Assembly: GCF_963921235.1 (NCBI RefSeq)
Contig: NC_086097.1
Location: forward strand, 141,236,001 to 141,300,000
From: Mobula hypostoma
Taxonomy: Eukaryota
DNA: 64,000 bases
Reading direction: 5' to 3'
The notes beneath the pieces were generated by a model. That model saw nothing but the letters and a program-made list of their open reading frames with translations, was not told the DNA's origin and made no database searches. The translations under genes were made by a program, and so were the position numbers. Below, one piece after another: positions 1-12,334 of the stretch. Position 1 is the first letter of the stretch, and the number at the start of each line of letters is the position of its first letter.

Positions 1-175
1 GTTTCCTCCGGCTGCTTCGGTTTCCTCCCACGTTCAAAAGACGTAAGGATTAGTAGGCGCCCAGAGCAACGGGCACAAAATGCTGAAGGAACTCTCAGGC
101 CAAGCAGCATTTAGGGAAACAGTAAATAGTCGTCGTTTCGGGCCGAAACCCTTTTCCAGGACTGGAAAGGAAGGG
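1..175. mobile_element. V-SINE (HE1-like) core fragment (1-57) plus decayed Penelope-like terminal piece with dead hammerhead motif (128-163, minus)
   Basis: GGTTTCCTCCGGCTGCT.CGGTTTCCTCCCAC core; AGTCG.CGTTTCGGGCCGAAACCCT..CCAGGACT motif. Family names are from recall of these repeat types. Confidence 0.6.
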
Positions 176-379
176 GAAATCCTTCAGCATCTGCAAAACT
201 TCTCCTGTTTGCGGGTTACTAGGTTAATTGATCACATTGATGGAATTGGATGGCCCGGGCTTGTTGGCCCCGAAAGGCCTGGTATCATGTTGGATTTATT
301 CACGTTAAGCGGAGCAAGTTCGAACCCCGAAAAATATCGTCAAATGAACTGCTGTGCGATTCAAACAAAAACTCATTTT

Positions 380-532
380 ATGCAGAGGAAATAATAGTGT
401 TGTGTTCAACTGGGGTTGGAAGGCGTGGTCTGTGACATTGAGAGAAAGTGGGACGTGAAGCGTGCTGTTATTTATAACTAGCCAGGCCACCTCTAAATCC
501 GTGTCAAATACAGTCACAACTCGACAAACACC
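380..532 (+). promoter_or_regulatory. V1 proximal promoter (GAGGAA ETS-like, GGACGTGA CRE-like half site, TATTTATAA at 469-477)
   Basis: Block conserved upstream of all six leaders; TATA-like box ends exactly 56 nt before the ATG in every copy. Confidence 0.6.
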
Positions 533-956
533 ATGCGGCTGGGCTGCGTGGCTTTTATGATACTATTCCTCCGTTAGTTGATTGATTTTCATCCGTTTAC
601 TCTCTGTTTGTTTCAAACTTTGAAACACGTTATGACTTTGATTTCTGTTTCCACAGGCAGATGTCTCGGTGATGAATTGATACAGTCTCCGATGTCCATC
701 ACCAGAAATGTGGGCAAAACTGCCATCATGATCTGCGGTCTGGGCAAAGCGAACACGGAGAATATCTATTGGTACCGGCAGCCAGATGGGCAACGCCCAG
801 TCCTGATCCTCTATTTCAATAATGAAGGCAACGTACGCGAGGATGGAATTGATGACAGATTTAAAGCGACAAAAGATGGAGCAAAGCAGAATCGTCTAAT
901 TGTGGCCCGTCCCGAGAAAGAGGATTCCGGCACCTATTACTGTGCCTATTGGGACC
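533..956 (+). CDS. TRGV: TCR gamma V segment V1 (leader exon 533-572, intron 573-656, V exon 657-956)
   Basis: Leader MRLGCVAFMILFL, GTTAGT donor, TTCCACAG acceptor, phase-1 splice in frame. V domain has Cys23, WYRQ and DSGTYYCAYWD, typical of TRGV. Followed directly by an RSS. Confidence 0.88.
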
Positions 957-995
957 CACATAGTTAAAGTACAACCGGCGCCGCTGACAAAAACT
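957..995 (+). other. 23-RSS of V1 (CACATAG / 23 nt / ACAAAAACT)
   Basis: Heptamer 957-963, spacer 964-986 counted as 23 nt, nonamer 987-995. Confidence 0.9.
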
Positions 996-1219
996 CTTCC
1001 TCAGCGTAAAGGTCACACGAATCATTTCCGACTCAGCGAATTCGCAGCTTATGCCATAAATGCCATCACCTTTCTTCGGATGGAGAACTCTATCCAATTC
1101 CACGAAAGTTACCCGATCAGCCTCATCGACAGTCTATTCATTTACACCCGTCGCTCGAGAACAGTGAATGGGGAGAATATTTCCGCAGGGTACGGGAGCC
1201 CAAACTAGAGACTATAGAT

Positions 1220-1615
1220 TTAAAGTGAGCGAGGAAAGATCTGTAAGAGACCTGTGTGGTAGGTTCTTCAGGGAAGCGGCGGTGGACACAGGCAATAAGC
1301 TGCCAGAGGAAGAGTTAGAGGCAGGAACCATCGAGAGATTCAAAAGTCATTTGGGAATCTACATGGATAAGAAAAGTTCAGTGAAATACGGTTTAAATGC
1401 TGGTGCTCATTAAGGACGAGTTACGCTGAAGGGCCTGATTCTGTGCTGTAGAGCTCAATAGCCATTAGAATTGCTTTAAATCTCTGGACGATCGCCAGTC
1501 AGACCCCTTTATTCTGTGGAAACAGCCACAACATATCCGATCTCTATAACTAAAATCCTCCAATCCCAGAAACATACTAGTGAATCTTTTCTGCGTCCTC
1601 TCTAGTTCAATCACA
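1220..1615. mobile_element. CR1 LINE 3-prime fragments (+ then -); paralogs after V2, V4 and V6
   Basis: RDLCGRFFREAAVDTGNKLPEEELEAGTIERFKSHL on plus; LERTQKRFTSMFLGLEDFSYRDR on minus. Confidence 0.7.
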
Positions 1616-1649
1616 CACAAATAATTAAGCAATAAATACTGAGGAAATG

Positions 1650-2850
1650 AAGTGAAGATACTTGACAGTGAGCCCATATGTTGTGGGAACATTTCAGTGA
1701 TGGGTCAAGTGAAGTTATACAATTTGGTTGAAGAGCCTGATTGTGGAGGGGTAATACCTGTTGCTGAACCTGGTGGTGTAGTTCTGAGGCTCCTGTACGT
1801 ACTTCCTGATGGGAGCAGTGAGAGGAGAGCATGATCTGCAATGTGGGGGAGGGGTGGGGTGGGTGGTGTTTCTGATGACGGATGTTGCTTTCCTTAAAAC
1901 ATCACTTCTTAAGACATTTCCTCACTGTGGATGTAAGTGATACTGGACTTTAGTCATTAAGGCAGGTCACCATGTTCCTCTGAGGCACCAGAATCAGAGA
2001 AGTCTGATTGAAGCAGATGGGTACATCAGCCAAAGAGACAGGTTAAAGGTCAGTGAACAGTCCAGCCAGTTGAATAGTACTGGTCTTTGGCCAGGTACCA
2101 TGTCTGGGCTGGATGATCTTCATGGGTTCATCGTCCAAAAGGCTGCCCATACATCAGCCTCAGAGACTAAAATCACTCGATCGTCAGACACCGTGAGTGT
2201 TTGTGACGGTTCCTCCATGTTTTGACGGTCGAAGCAAGCACAGACGGCATTGCGTTCATCTGGAAGTGAGTCCTGTTGTCACCTTAGTCACTTGATTTTA
2301 CTTCATACGAAGTGATAGCATTCAAGCCATGCCACAACTATTGACTATCCTTTGTTGATTCAGGTTTAGTCTGGCAAATAAGAAGGCTTGGCCATAAGGA
2401 GGCTTTCCAGAGAATGTACCAGGACCTCCTGTAACTTTATTGGTCACCAGACTTGAATGCCTCTGATCTGACCCTCAGCAAATTGCTGATTTCATGATTC
2501 ATACAAGGCTTCTGGCGGGAGAAGACTCTGAATGAGTTTGTGGGGAGACACTCGTCTACAACTGTTTTTCTGAAGTCCATGATGTAGGTGCCCATTGAAC
2601 CTACATGGTGTAGGTGTATTTATTCAGATCCATAGATGTGTCCTTAAAAATGGCGCAGACCACTCGTAGGATTTCCATATAGCAATAACCACTCATATGC
2701 CTCCCTCGACCACCTCGTTGTTGTCCTTATCTCTGGACATCATATCCAGTTCCTTGATTTGCCTCCCTCATATCTTGACCTATCCCTCATGCGGATATTG
2801 GCTTTGAGTGAATAATGTGCAAAGGCATCTTGGGCCCTCTGAACATACAC
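1650..2850 (-). mobile_element. Decayed Rex1/Babar-like LINE; paralogs at about 5590-6750, 32745-33930, 42140-42860, 59400-60630 and 62160-63360
   Basis: Minus-strand HALLSLLPSGSTYRSL and SLPDERNAVCACFDRQN resemble conserved Rex1/Babar ORF motifs. Confidence 0.6.
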
Positions 2851-2949
2851 ACCTTGCAAACTGCCATCATTTGAAAGAAAACTACTATTAAACGGGATAG
2901 GATGACATCATATTTTCTACTATTCATTCCCTTCAGCAACAATGGGGGA

Positions 2950-3440
2950 TGGGGGAAGAATGGCGTATCAGTGCACAGCAGCAGCGGCCAGCCCAGTGGC
3001 AGTACGGCCGGCTCTGTGGCTCAGCAGGGAAGGGTAAAATCAGGTAGAGTGATAGTGATAGGAGACTCAGTAATCAGGGATTAGACAAGATATTTGGTGA
3101 CCGTGACAAAGACGCAGAATGATGTGCTGTCTCCCAAGTGCAAGGATTAAGGAGGTCTCAGAGCAGCTGCAGAAGAGGTAGGGTAACCAGACAAAGAGCG
3201 AGGTGCACATTGACACCAATGACATGGGTAAAAACAGGGAAGAAATTTTGCAAGGTAAGTACAGGGAGTGCTGAAAGAGGCCACAGAGCATGTGTAGTCT
3301 TTGGATTACTCCCAGTTCCGCGTGCTAGTTCAGGCAGAAGTAGGATGAATGAGTGGCTGAGAATCTGGTGTAGCGGCAGGGTTTCAGATTGTTGGATCAT
3401 TGCGATCTCATCTGGGGAAGTTATGACCTGTACAAAAACC
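2950..3440 (+). mobile_element. CR1 ORF1 (SGNH esterase) fragment; paralogs at about 6880-7500, 34040-34700, 44180-44830 and 63450-64000
   Basis: GRVIVIGDSVIR and MMCCLPSAR motifs. Confidence 0.65.
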
Positions 3441-4289
3441 TACCTGTCCTAAAGGAGTTATCGGAAGGAGAAATTGTTAACGAATGAGTTGATTTAAGGA
3501 GAAAGACTTGATTTGCGGGAGGTTTACAACTAGGACTTGGTTAGTTACGGCACTTGGACGTTTACAGCGACAGGAAAGAGGGTCCTGGGCATTCGATAAA
3601 GGATGTACACTGCCCAGGCACCGCGGTAGCGCAGCGATTAGTGTGACGCTATTACAGCTCCGGGTTGTGAACTGTTCCGTGATTAGGTTAAGATTAATAG
3701 ATTTGTCGGGGGTGATTGGGCCTACTTCCAGCTGTATCGCTAAATAAACAAATTAGATATCGTCCTTTCAAATATCACAGCGCAAGCCAATGTAAAGTAA
3801 TATTTAATGACAGGTTCTGCCCATTTGGAATAATTAAAACCACGTTAATAGGGAAAGATGAACAGATTCACAGACACGGTGCAGATGGCATTCGGTTCAT
3901 CAAACATCCCACCCAACGGAACGTACACGGAATACGGTCGCGGCGACGGGGGCGGATGCGAGACAGGTCCAGGGTCGGCACTTTAAGAGCGCGTCTGGGA
4001 TGGATATCGCTCTCCTTGCTCTGTCACAAAATCCGGAGACAAAAGATTAAACAAAGTGAAGGCCAAGATGGAGAAACCGGGGGTGGCTGTGCAAAATTTC
4101 TCCTGTCTGCGGCTTAGTAGGTTAATTGATCACATTGATGGAATTGGATGGCCCGGGCCTATTGGCCCGGAAAGGCCTGTTATCGTGACGGATGTCACGT
4201 TAAGCGACAGCAAGTTCAAACCCCAACAAAATCGAAACCCAAAAAAAATCGCCCAAAGAACTGCTGTGCAATTCTAACAATATCTCATA

Positions 4290-4445
4290 ATATGCAGAGG
4301 AAATAATAGTGTCATTTTCAAATGGGGTTGGAAGGCGTGGTCTGTGACACGTTGAGAGAAAGTGGGACGTGATCGAGCTGTTATTTATAACTAGCCAGGC
4401 CTCGTCTAAATCTGTGTCAAATACAGTCACAATTCGACCAACAAC
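4290..4445 (+). promoter_or_regulatory. V2 proximal promoter (TATTTATAA 4382-4390)
   Basis: Paralog of the V1 promoter, with TGTGACACGT and GGGACGTGA. Confidence 0.6.
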
Positions 4446-4869
4446 ATGCGGCTGGGTTGCGTGGCGTTTGTGACACTTTTCCTCCGTTAGTTGATTGATT
4501 TTCATCCATTTACTCTCTGTCTGTTTCAGTCTTTGAAACATGTTATGACTTTGATTTCTGTTTCCACAGGCAGATGTCTCGGTGCTGAATTGATACAGTC
4601 TCCGATGTCCATCACCAAAACTGTGGGCAAAACTGCCGTCATGATCTGCGATCTGGGATCAGCGAACACGGACATAATCCTCTGGTACCGGCAGCCAGAT
4701 GGCCAACGCCCGGTCAGGATCCTCTATTACAGTAAAGGGGGCACCAGACGCGGCGATGGAATTGATAACAGATTTTCAGCGAACAATGCTGGACAAAAGC
4801 GGTATTTTCTAAGTGTGACCCGTCTCAAGGAAGAGGATTCCGGCACTTATTACTGTGCCTATTGGGACC
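4446..4869 (+). CDS. TRGV: TCR gamma V segment V2 (leader 4446-4485, intron 4486-4569, V exon 4570-4869)
   Basis: Same architecture as V1; open frame; ICDLG...WYRQ...ILYY...DSGTYYCAYWD. Confidence 0.9.
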
Positions 4870-4908
4870 CACAGAGTTAAACTGCAACCGGAACTACTGA
4901 CAAAAATT
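4870..4908 (+). other. 23-RSS of V2 (CACAGAG / 23 nt / ACAAAAATT)
   Basis: Heptamer 4870-4876, spacer 4877-4899, nonamer 4900-4908. Confidence 0.9.
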
Positions 4909-7539
4909 CTTCCTCAGCGTAGAGGCCACAGGAATCATTTCCGATTCAGAGATTTCGCAGATTATGCCATAACTGCCGTCACCTTTCTTCGGATAAAGAA
5001 CTCCATCCATTCCACGAAAGTTACCCGATCAGCCTCATCGACAGTCTATTAATTTACACCCGTCGCTCGAGAACAGTGAATTGGGAGAATATTTCCGCAG
5101 GGTACGAGAGCCCAAACTAGAGACGATAGATTTAAAGTGAGCGGGAAACATCTATAAGAGAGCTGTCTGGTAGGTTCTTCAGGGAAAGTGCGGTGGGTAC
5201 AGGCAACAAGCTGCCAGAGGAAGAATTAGAGGCAGGAACCATCGAGAGATTTAAAAGTCATTTGGGCATCCACATGGATAAGAAAGGTTCAGAGAAACAC
5301 CGGTTAAATGCAGGTAAAAGGGACTGGTTTACGTGGGTAACGTGCTCGGTAACGACGAGTTACGCTGAAGGGCCTGATTCTGTGTTGTACAGCTCAATGG
5401 CCCTTAGAATTGTTTTATCTCTCTGCAGGATCGCCAGTCAGACTCCTTTATTCCGTGGGAAACAGTCCCAACATATCCGATCTCCATATCTAAAATCCTC
5501 CAATCCCAGAAACATACGTGAATTTTCTCTGCGTCCTCTATAGTTCAATCACACACAAATAATCAAGCAATATATACGGAGAAAATGAAGTGAATATCCT
5601 TGACAGTGAGCCCATATGTTGTGGGAACATTTCAGTGATGGGTCAATTGAAGTTATACCCTTTGGTTGAAGAGCCTGATTGTGGAGGGGTAATACCTGTT
5701 GCTGAACCTGGTGGTGTAGTTCTGAGGCTCCTGTCCGTACTTCCTGATGGGAGCAGTGAGAGGAGAGCATGATCTGCAATCTGGGGGAGGGGTGGGGTGG
5801 GTGGTGTTTCTGATGACGGATGTTGCTTTCCTTAAAACATCACTTCTTAAAACATTTCCTCACTGTGGATGTAAGTGATACCGGACTTTAGTCACTGAGG
5901 CAGGTCACCATGGTCTTCTGAGACAGCAGAATCAGAGAAGTCTGATTGAAGCAGATGGGTACATCAGCCAAAGAGACAGGTTAAAGGTCAGTGAACAGCC
6001 CAGCCAGTTGAATAGTACTAGTCTTTGGCCAGGTACCTTGCCTGGGCTGGATGATCTTCATGGGTTCATCGTCCAAAAGACTGCCCATACATCAGCCTCA
6101 GAGACTAAAATCACTCGATCGTCAGACACCGTGAGTGTTTGTGATGGTTCCTCCATGTTTTGACGGTCGAAGCAAGCACAGACGGCATTGCGTTCATCTG
6201 GAAGTGAGTCCTGTTGTCGCCTTAGTCACATGATTTTACTTCATAAGAAGTGATAGCATTCAAGCCATGCCACAACTATTGACTATCCTTTGTTGATTCA
6301 GGTTTAGTCTGGCAAATAAGGAGGCTTTGCCCATAAGGAGGCTTTCCAGAAAATGTACCAGGACCTCTTGTAGATTTATTGGTCACCAGACTTGAATGCC
6401 TCTAATCTGACCCTCAGCAAATTGTTGTTTTCATGGTTCATACAAGGCATCTGGCGGGAGACACTCATCTACAACTGTTTTTCTAATCTCCATGATGTAG
6501 GTGCCCATTGAACCTACATGGTGCAGGTGTGTTTATTCAGATCCATAGATGTGTCCTTGAAAATGGCTCAGACCTTTCGAAGGAATTCCATATAGAAATA
6601 ACCACTCATATCACTCCCTCGACCAACTCGTCGTTGTCCTTTTCTCTGGAGATTATATCCAGTGCCTTGATTTGCCTCCCTCATAGCTTGACCTATCCCT
6701 CATATGGATTTTGGCTTTCAGTGAATAATGTGCAAAGGCACCCTGGGCCCCCTGAACATACACACCTTGCAAGCTGCCATCAATTGAAAGAAAGTTACGA
6801 TTAAACGGGATAGGATGACATCATAATTTCCACTATTTATTCCCTTCAGCATCAAATATTCCTTTGGATACTGTTGTGGGGGATGGGGGAAGAATGACCT
6901 GTCAGTGCACAGCAGCAGCAGCCAGGCCAGTGCCAGTATGGCCGGCTCTGTGGCTCAGCAGGGAAGGGTACAATCAGGTAGAGTGATAGTGATAGCAGAC
7001 TCAGTAATTAGGGATTGGACAAGAGATTTGGTGGCCGTGACAAAGACGCAGAATGGTGTGCTGCCTCCCAGGTGCAAGGTTTAAGGAGGTCTCAGAGCTC
7101 CTGCAGAAGAGGTAGGGTAACCAGCCAAAGGCGGAGGGGTACATAGACACCAATGACATAGGTAAAAACAGGGAGGAGATTTTGCACAGTAAAATCCCCG
7201 CTGGAAGAGGCCACATAGCATGTGTAATCTCTGGATTACTCCCAGTTCCGCGTGCTAGTTAGGACAGAAATAGGACGGATGAGTGGCTGAGGATCTGGTG
7301 TAGCGGGCAGGGTTTCACATCATTGGATCATTGGGATCTCATCTAGGGAAGTTATGCCTTATACAAAAAAGATCAGATAAACTTGAACCCAAGGGGGATC
7401 AATATCTTTTTGAGTAGGTTTGCTAGAGCTGTTGGAGAAGGTTTAAACTAAATTAGCAGGGGACTGGAAGTAGGAGTGATGGGGCTGAGGATGGGGCAGT
7501 CGATGCAGCGTGTAGCGAGACTGTGAGGAAGGTTAGGCG

Positions 7540-10500
7540 GACGATACTAAGGCCGATGCTCTTTCCTGTCAGTTTGATGTCTCTGAGGTCAACGCCAATC
7601 TAGATCACATTTTTCCTCGCTCAAGCATAGCTGTTCCAGTGATTTGGGGAATAGAAACAGGTGAGGACTGTCGAACAGTCAGATCCAGGCCCAGATGGAG
7701 AAGTTCCTAACCAGCTGTTTGTGCCTGCATCTGTGTGTTACGAAATGTTGGCCTGGGGTCACTCTTCCCATCTGGCTGACCATTCAGGGATTCAACAGAC
7801 CCCAGAATTCATAGAGATGATTTACATGGCAGTCTATGTCCCAAGATGTCCACGACTTTATCTCTGCCTGTCCCATTTGTGCCCAGAACAAGACTGGAAC
7901 ATGTCAAAACAGGGGACGTTGGGAACGGACCCAAATGCAAGATACAGACACTGAAGTACTGGGGACAGGACTAGGATGCAGGACCTGGGATAGGACATGG
8001 ACAGGAAACAGGGAAACCGGACAAGGAACTATGAACTAGAAGTCTGTCTTGGGATCCGAGCCAGAGACCGGACAAGGACCCAAAACCTGGGTCTTGCCTC
8101 GGGTTCGGGCCCCAGAACCAGACAAGGACATGATATGACTACAGGACAGGAGGCCGGGGTCTTGAGGCTTGAGCTTAGAAACAGGCTGGAGTCTTGAGAC
8201 TTGAGCTTGGAGACAGGTTGGGTCTTGAATCTTGAGCTTGGAGACAGGCTGGGGTCTTGAGGCTTGAGCTTGGAGACAGGCTGGGGTCTTGAGACTTGAG
8301 CTTGGAGACAGGCTGGGGTCTTGAGGCTGCAGGCTGGGGTCTTGGGTCTTGGAATGCGGTGGCTGATAACTAGGAGGCTGGAGCTCGGAGACACACTGGG
8401 AACTGTACATCAATGTAGAGCCGGGACTTATCCTTCGAAAAGCCGGGACTCATCTTTAACACGTCACTAACATGAGACTAGACAGTACATAGACATAGAG
8501 CCGGACTTATCCTTAGACAAGCTCCCGGGACTCATCTTTAACACGACACCAACATGAGACTGGGCAGAACATAGGCATACAGCCGGGACTTATAATTAGA
8601 CAAGCCGGGACTCAATTTCATCTCCACACCAAGGTGGGAAAGGTCCCTCCGTCGGGTAACGGCAGAACGGCCTGACTTACCCAACAAAGGCAAAGACAAA
8701 ACAAGACGGATCCCCCCGCAGGGCAACGGCAGAACGGCCTGAGTTACCCCACAGAAGCAAGGACAAGACACGACAGATCCTCCCGCAGGACAACGGCCGA
8801 ACCGCCTGACTAACCCCACGGAGGCGAGGACAGGAAGAGACACACATCGAAGAACGACAGACAGTTCTATCTCTGCTTCGGGGTTGCCCCGAGTCGCAGT
8901 TAAGGTCAGCGACCTCGGCTGGCTACGGAAACAGCCGGATCCCTCCCTAGCTCGAAGTGGCTGACGGCCACTCAACTGGTCCGGGAAACGGCAGAATCCA
9001 AACCGCAAACATATCTCCAACTACTGACAGCAAGGCTCCATGAGGGGATGGTTCCCCAACGCGGCCTAAAGATGAAAAGTGACCGCTCCAGCCTTCCACC
9101 GGCAGGTTGCTCCCAAGAGATCTTGACAAGACAAATCAACAGCCCACAGTCGTCCCCAAGGCTATACATATTCTAAGCGTCAGGATGGGAATCAGAAGCC
9201 TATGATTAACCAAACCGAAACAAGGGACAGCCGGAAGACCCGGAGTCCTTAGTCCATGGACCGGACCATGACCCGGAATGTGGACTTCACGGACCGGACC
9301 ATGACATCACATCAGCTCCTTGCTGGTTTCCTCTATCCAGTGCCTGTGGCTCTCTGCCCCAGGTCCAACCTCTCGGTGGATTTCATCACTGGTCTGTGTC
9401 CGTCAGATGGAAACATTATCATCCTAGTGGTTGTGGACCATTTCTCTAAAGCAGCCCACTTCATTGCTCTCCCCAAGCTCCCATCGGCTCATGAAACTGC
9501 CACTTTCTTGGTTCAGTTTGTGTTTGGGCTGCACAGCTTCCCCCGGGACAGCAGGCCTGATTGAGGAGCACATTTCCTGTCCCATTGCTGGAATGCTTTC
9601 TGTTCTCGTTTGGGATCCACAGCCACCCTCTCATCACTTTTTTCAGCCCCAATGTAATGGCCAGACTGAGAGAGTGAATGAGGAGCTGGAGACAATCCTA
9701 ACTCCATTACCTGGTGCTTCCAACTCAGAGATTGCCCATAATCAGCTGAACTAGCATGCCCTCCATTGAATGGCAAAATGGATTCAAGCTACTGATCTTC
9801 CCAGACCGTGATTGACAAGGGAGTTCCTGCTGTTGAACAGTTGGTACAACGCTGCATGCACACGTGGACATGGGCCAGGGCTTCCCTGCTGCAAACTCAG
9901 AAATTATATGCCCAGCAGGTGCTCAGCTCCTCCTAGAGGTGCAGCTTCTCAATCCAGAGAGAAGGCTTGGCTGATATCTAGAGATCTTCCTTTGAATGTT
10001 GGGAGCTGCAAGGTTGCCCCACGCTAGCTGGGACTATTCACAGTGGGGAAGGCTATCAAGCGATCTTCAGGGAGACTGTGCCTGCAATTATCTGTTAAGA
10101 TTTACCTAGTATTCCATGTTTGCAGCTCACACTGATGACTTCCTCCCACCTTGCTCCAGTTCGACCCTCTCCCTCCTCTCATCTTGGTGGATGGGTCACT
10201 GGTCTATTCCGTGCAGCACCTCCTGGCGTCTCGCCCACTGTGGGGCAGGGTCCAGTACCTAGTGGACTGGGAGAGATAGGGCCCAGAAAATCTTTCTTGG
10301 GTTCCAATTCGTGACATCCTGGACAAGTCACTCATCCAGGACCTCCAGCGGGCACAGGTCTCTAGTGCTTCTGGAGCTGTGCCTCTTAGCGAGGTGGGGT
10401 TGCGGGGGTGGTGAGGGCGGTGATCTGTGGAAACCATGGACTCTGCCGTGGAGTGGGCAGCTGAAAGCGATCATCAGCAATCACGCTGGTGAGAATGCAC

Positions 10501-10600
10501 ATTACAGTGAATTAGGGATGCATTACAGTTTTATTTAACTTCCTTCAGTCTTGTTGAGTCCTGACTGAAGCACAATGACGGCGACACTCCCCTGATTACC
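7540..10600 (+). mobile_element. Decayed chromoviral Ty3/gypsy remnant (integrase HHCC, core, chromodomain, probable 3-prime LTR), interrupted by an LTR at 7902-9306; partial paralogs at 23646-24060, 34705-35420, 44840-45195 and 55206-55620
   Basis: WGHSSHLADHSG...FISACPICAQNK, SVDFITGL..VVVDHFSKAAHFIAL, VQYLVDWE. Confidence 0.75.
7902..9306 (-). mobile_element. Composite solo-LTR-like element with 32-bp minisatellite (about 8150-8345)
   Basis: TGTCA...TGACA ends. Right flank TCACA matches the left flank of the paralogous insertion at 45196. Empty site at about 35065. Confidence 0.7.
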
Positions 10601-12334
10601 ATAGCCCACTTTCCAAGATTGAAGATTCCAATTTAGATTGATGTCTTAAAGGACTGGTACTAATTCACTATTAAGTTAGTGCTTCTGAAGCTCAGTGTCA
10701 GCGTTAGATTTTTAGATTGAATTTTAGTTTGTAGCCGTATTGGCTTCGCATTTATCATTTCTTATTAAATTTTAGTTTATCAAGGGGTCAGTGTTGGGAC
10801 CATTGTATTTAATTATTCTGTAAATGATTTGGATGCGAATATATACAGCATAATGTTCACTGTACCCTCAATCTTGGTATCATCTGCAAATTTGCTGATC
10901 GAATTTAACATATTGTCATTTAAATCATTAATATAAGTGACCGATGACAATCGATCAAGCACCGATTCCTGCAGCACAGCACTAGTCACAGGCCTCCAGG
11001 CAGAGAGGTCAACACTAGCCACCATTCTCTGGCTGCTTCCGGTAAGCCAACATTCAACCTAACCGACTACTTCATCCTGATTGCCAGGCGACTTAATCTT
11101 CTTGACGATTCTGCCAAGTCATAATTTATCAAAGGCTTTTCTAAAGACCATAGTGTTCCCTTCAACAAACTTCTTCGTAACTGCCTTAAAAAAAATCTCT
11201 ATAAATTAGTTGGACATGACTTACCATGCATTAAGCCATATTGCTTATCTCTTTTCAGGCCCTGTCTATACAAACACTGGTACATGTACATCCTATCCAT
11301 GAAAAAACCTTCCGAAGATTTACCGACGACTAATGTCAGGTTCACCAGGCTCTAATTTCCTGATTATTCTGAGAACCATTCTTAAATGTTAGCGACCCTC
11401 CAGTCCTCCAGTACCTCACCCATGGGTAAGGATGTTTTAAATATTACTGCCAGGGTCCCTGTAAGTTCTGCACTAGCCTCCCACAAGTTTGGAGTGGACA
11501 CCTCGTCAGGACTTTGAGATTTATTCACCCTAAATTCGTCTCAACACAGCAAGCACTTCCTCTTCTGTAATCAGAACATGGTCCATAAACTCTCGTGTTT
11601 TCCCAGATTCTATGTTATCTGTGTCTGTCTCCTGAGTAAATGCAAACACAAATATAAACCATTTAATATTTTTCTGCATCTCTTTTAGCTCCATGCATAT
11701 ATGACCAACTTGATCTTCAAGGGGACCAATTTTGTCCCTTGCTATCCTCTTGCTCTCAGTACCTATAGAACCCTTGGAATCTGATTTACCTTGTCTGCTA
11801 GAGCAACCATTTACCCCTTTTCAGCCTTTCTGATCATTCGCTTGTGTTCTCTTGTATGTCTTATACTCCTCAATTGCCCCATTTAACACTAGCTGCCAAT
11901 ACCTGACATGTGCTTCCGTTTTGTTTACCAGGTCCTCAATATCCCATAATAAATAAGGTTCCCTCAACCTGCCAGCCTTGCTTTTTATCCTAATAGAAAT
12001 ATACATATTGTGTACTCCCTATATTCAATTCTGTTGAAGAACAACCACCTGTCAGTGTCTTTTTGTTAGAAAACATCCTATCCCAATCCACACCTGGCAG
12101 ATTGCTTCTGCTGCATTTAAAATTGCTCATCCTACAGTTTAGAATCTTAAGCTGAAAACCAATCCGATCCAATCTCCCTAATTATTTTGAAGTCAATGGA
12201 ATTATGATCACTATATCCAAAGTGTTTCCCTATATTCACCTGTCACCTGCCCCGTCTCATTTCCGAAGAAGAGATCCAATATTGTGTTCTCTTTAGTGGG
12301 AATTCTGCATATTGATAATGAAGTTTCCCTGAAC

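Noticed and set aside
657-956. Immunoglobulin lambda-like light-chain V identity (also 23-RSS, and some end in AWD)
   Set aside because: No octamer in the promoter, no V-J-C cluster layout typical of cartilaginous-fish Ig, and the CDL..IHWY..ILYY..YYCAYWD pattern fits TRGV better. A BLAST or phylogeny would settle it.
578-967. ORF-track proteins starting MIDFHPF (also 4491, 23239, 31656, 61060)
   Set aside because: They start at a TTG inside the 84-nt intron. The real start is the upstream leader ATG, and the real end is the RSS, not the TAA in the spacer.
900-1208. Recurrent ORF of about 90-100 aa after the RSS (also 31999, 61424)
   Set aside because: Non-ATG starts overlapping the V end in another frame, frameshifted after V2, no recognisable domain. 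Recurrence is explained by duplication.
1843-1868. G-quadruplex-like tract repeated after each V (also about 5781, 32937, 59597, 62355)
   Set aside because: It is part of the Rex1 remnant and is copied with the unit; no independent sign of function.
3716-4117. ORFs of 120-175 aa in the upstream block (also 21935, 30456, 58274)
   Set aside because: Frames and stops differ between copies and there is no recognisable domain. Kept only as a non-coding candidate.
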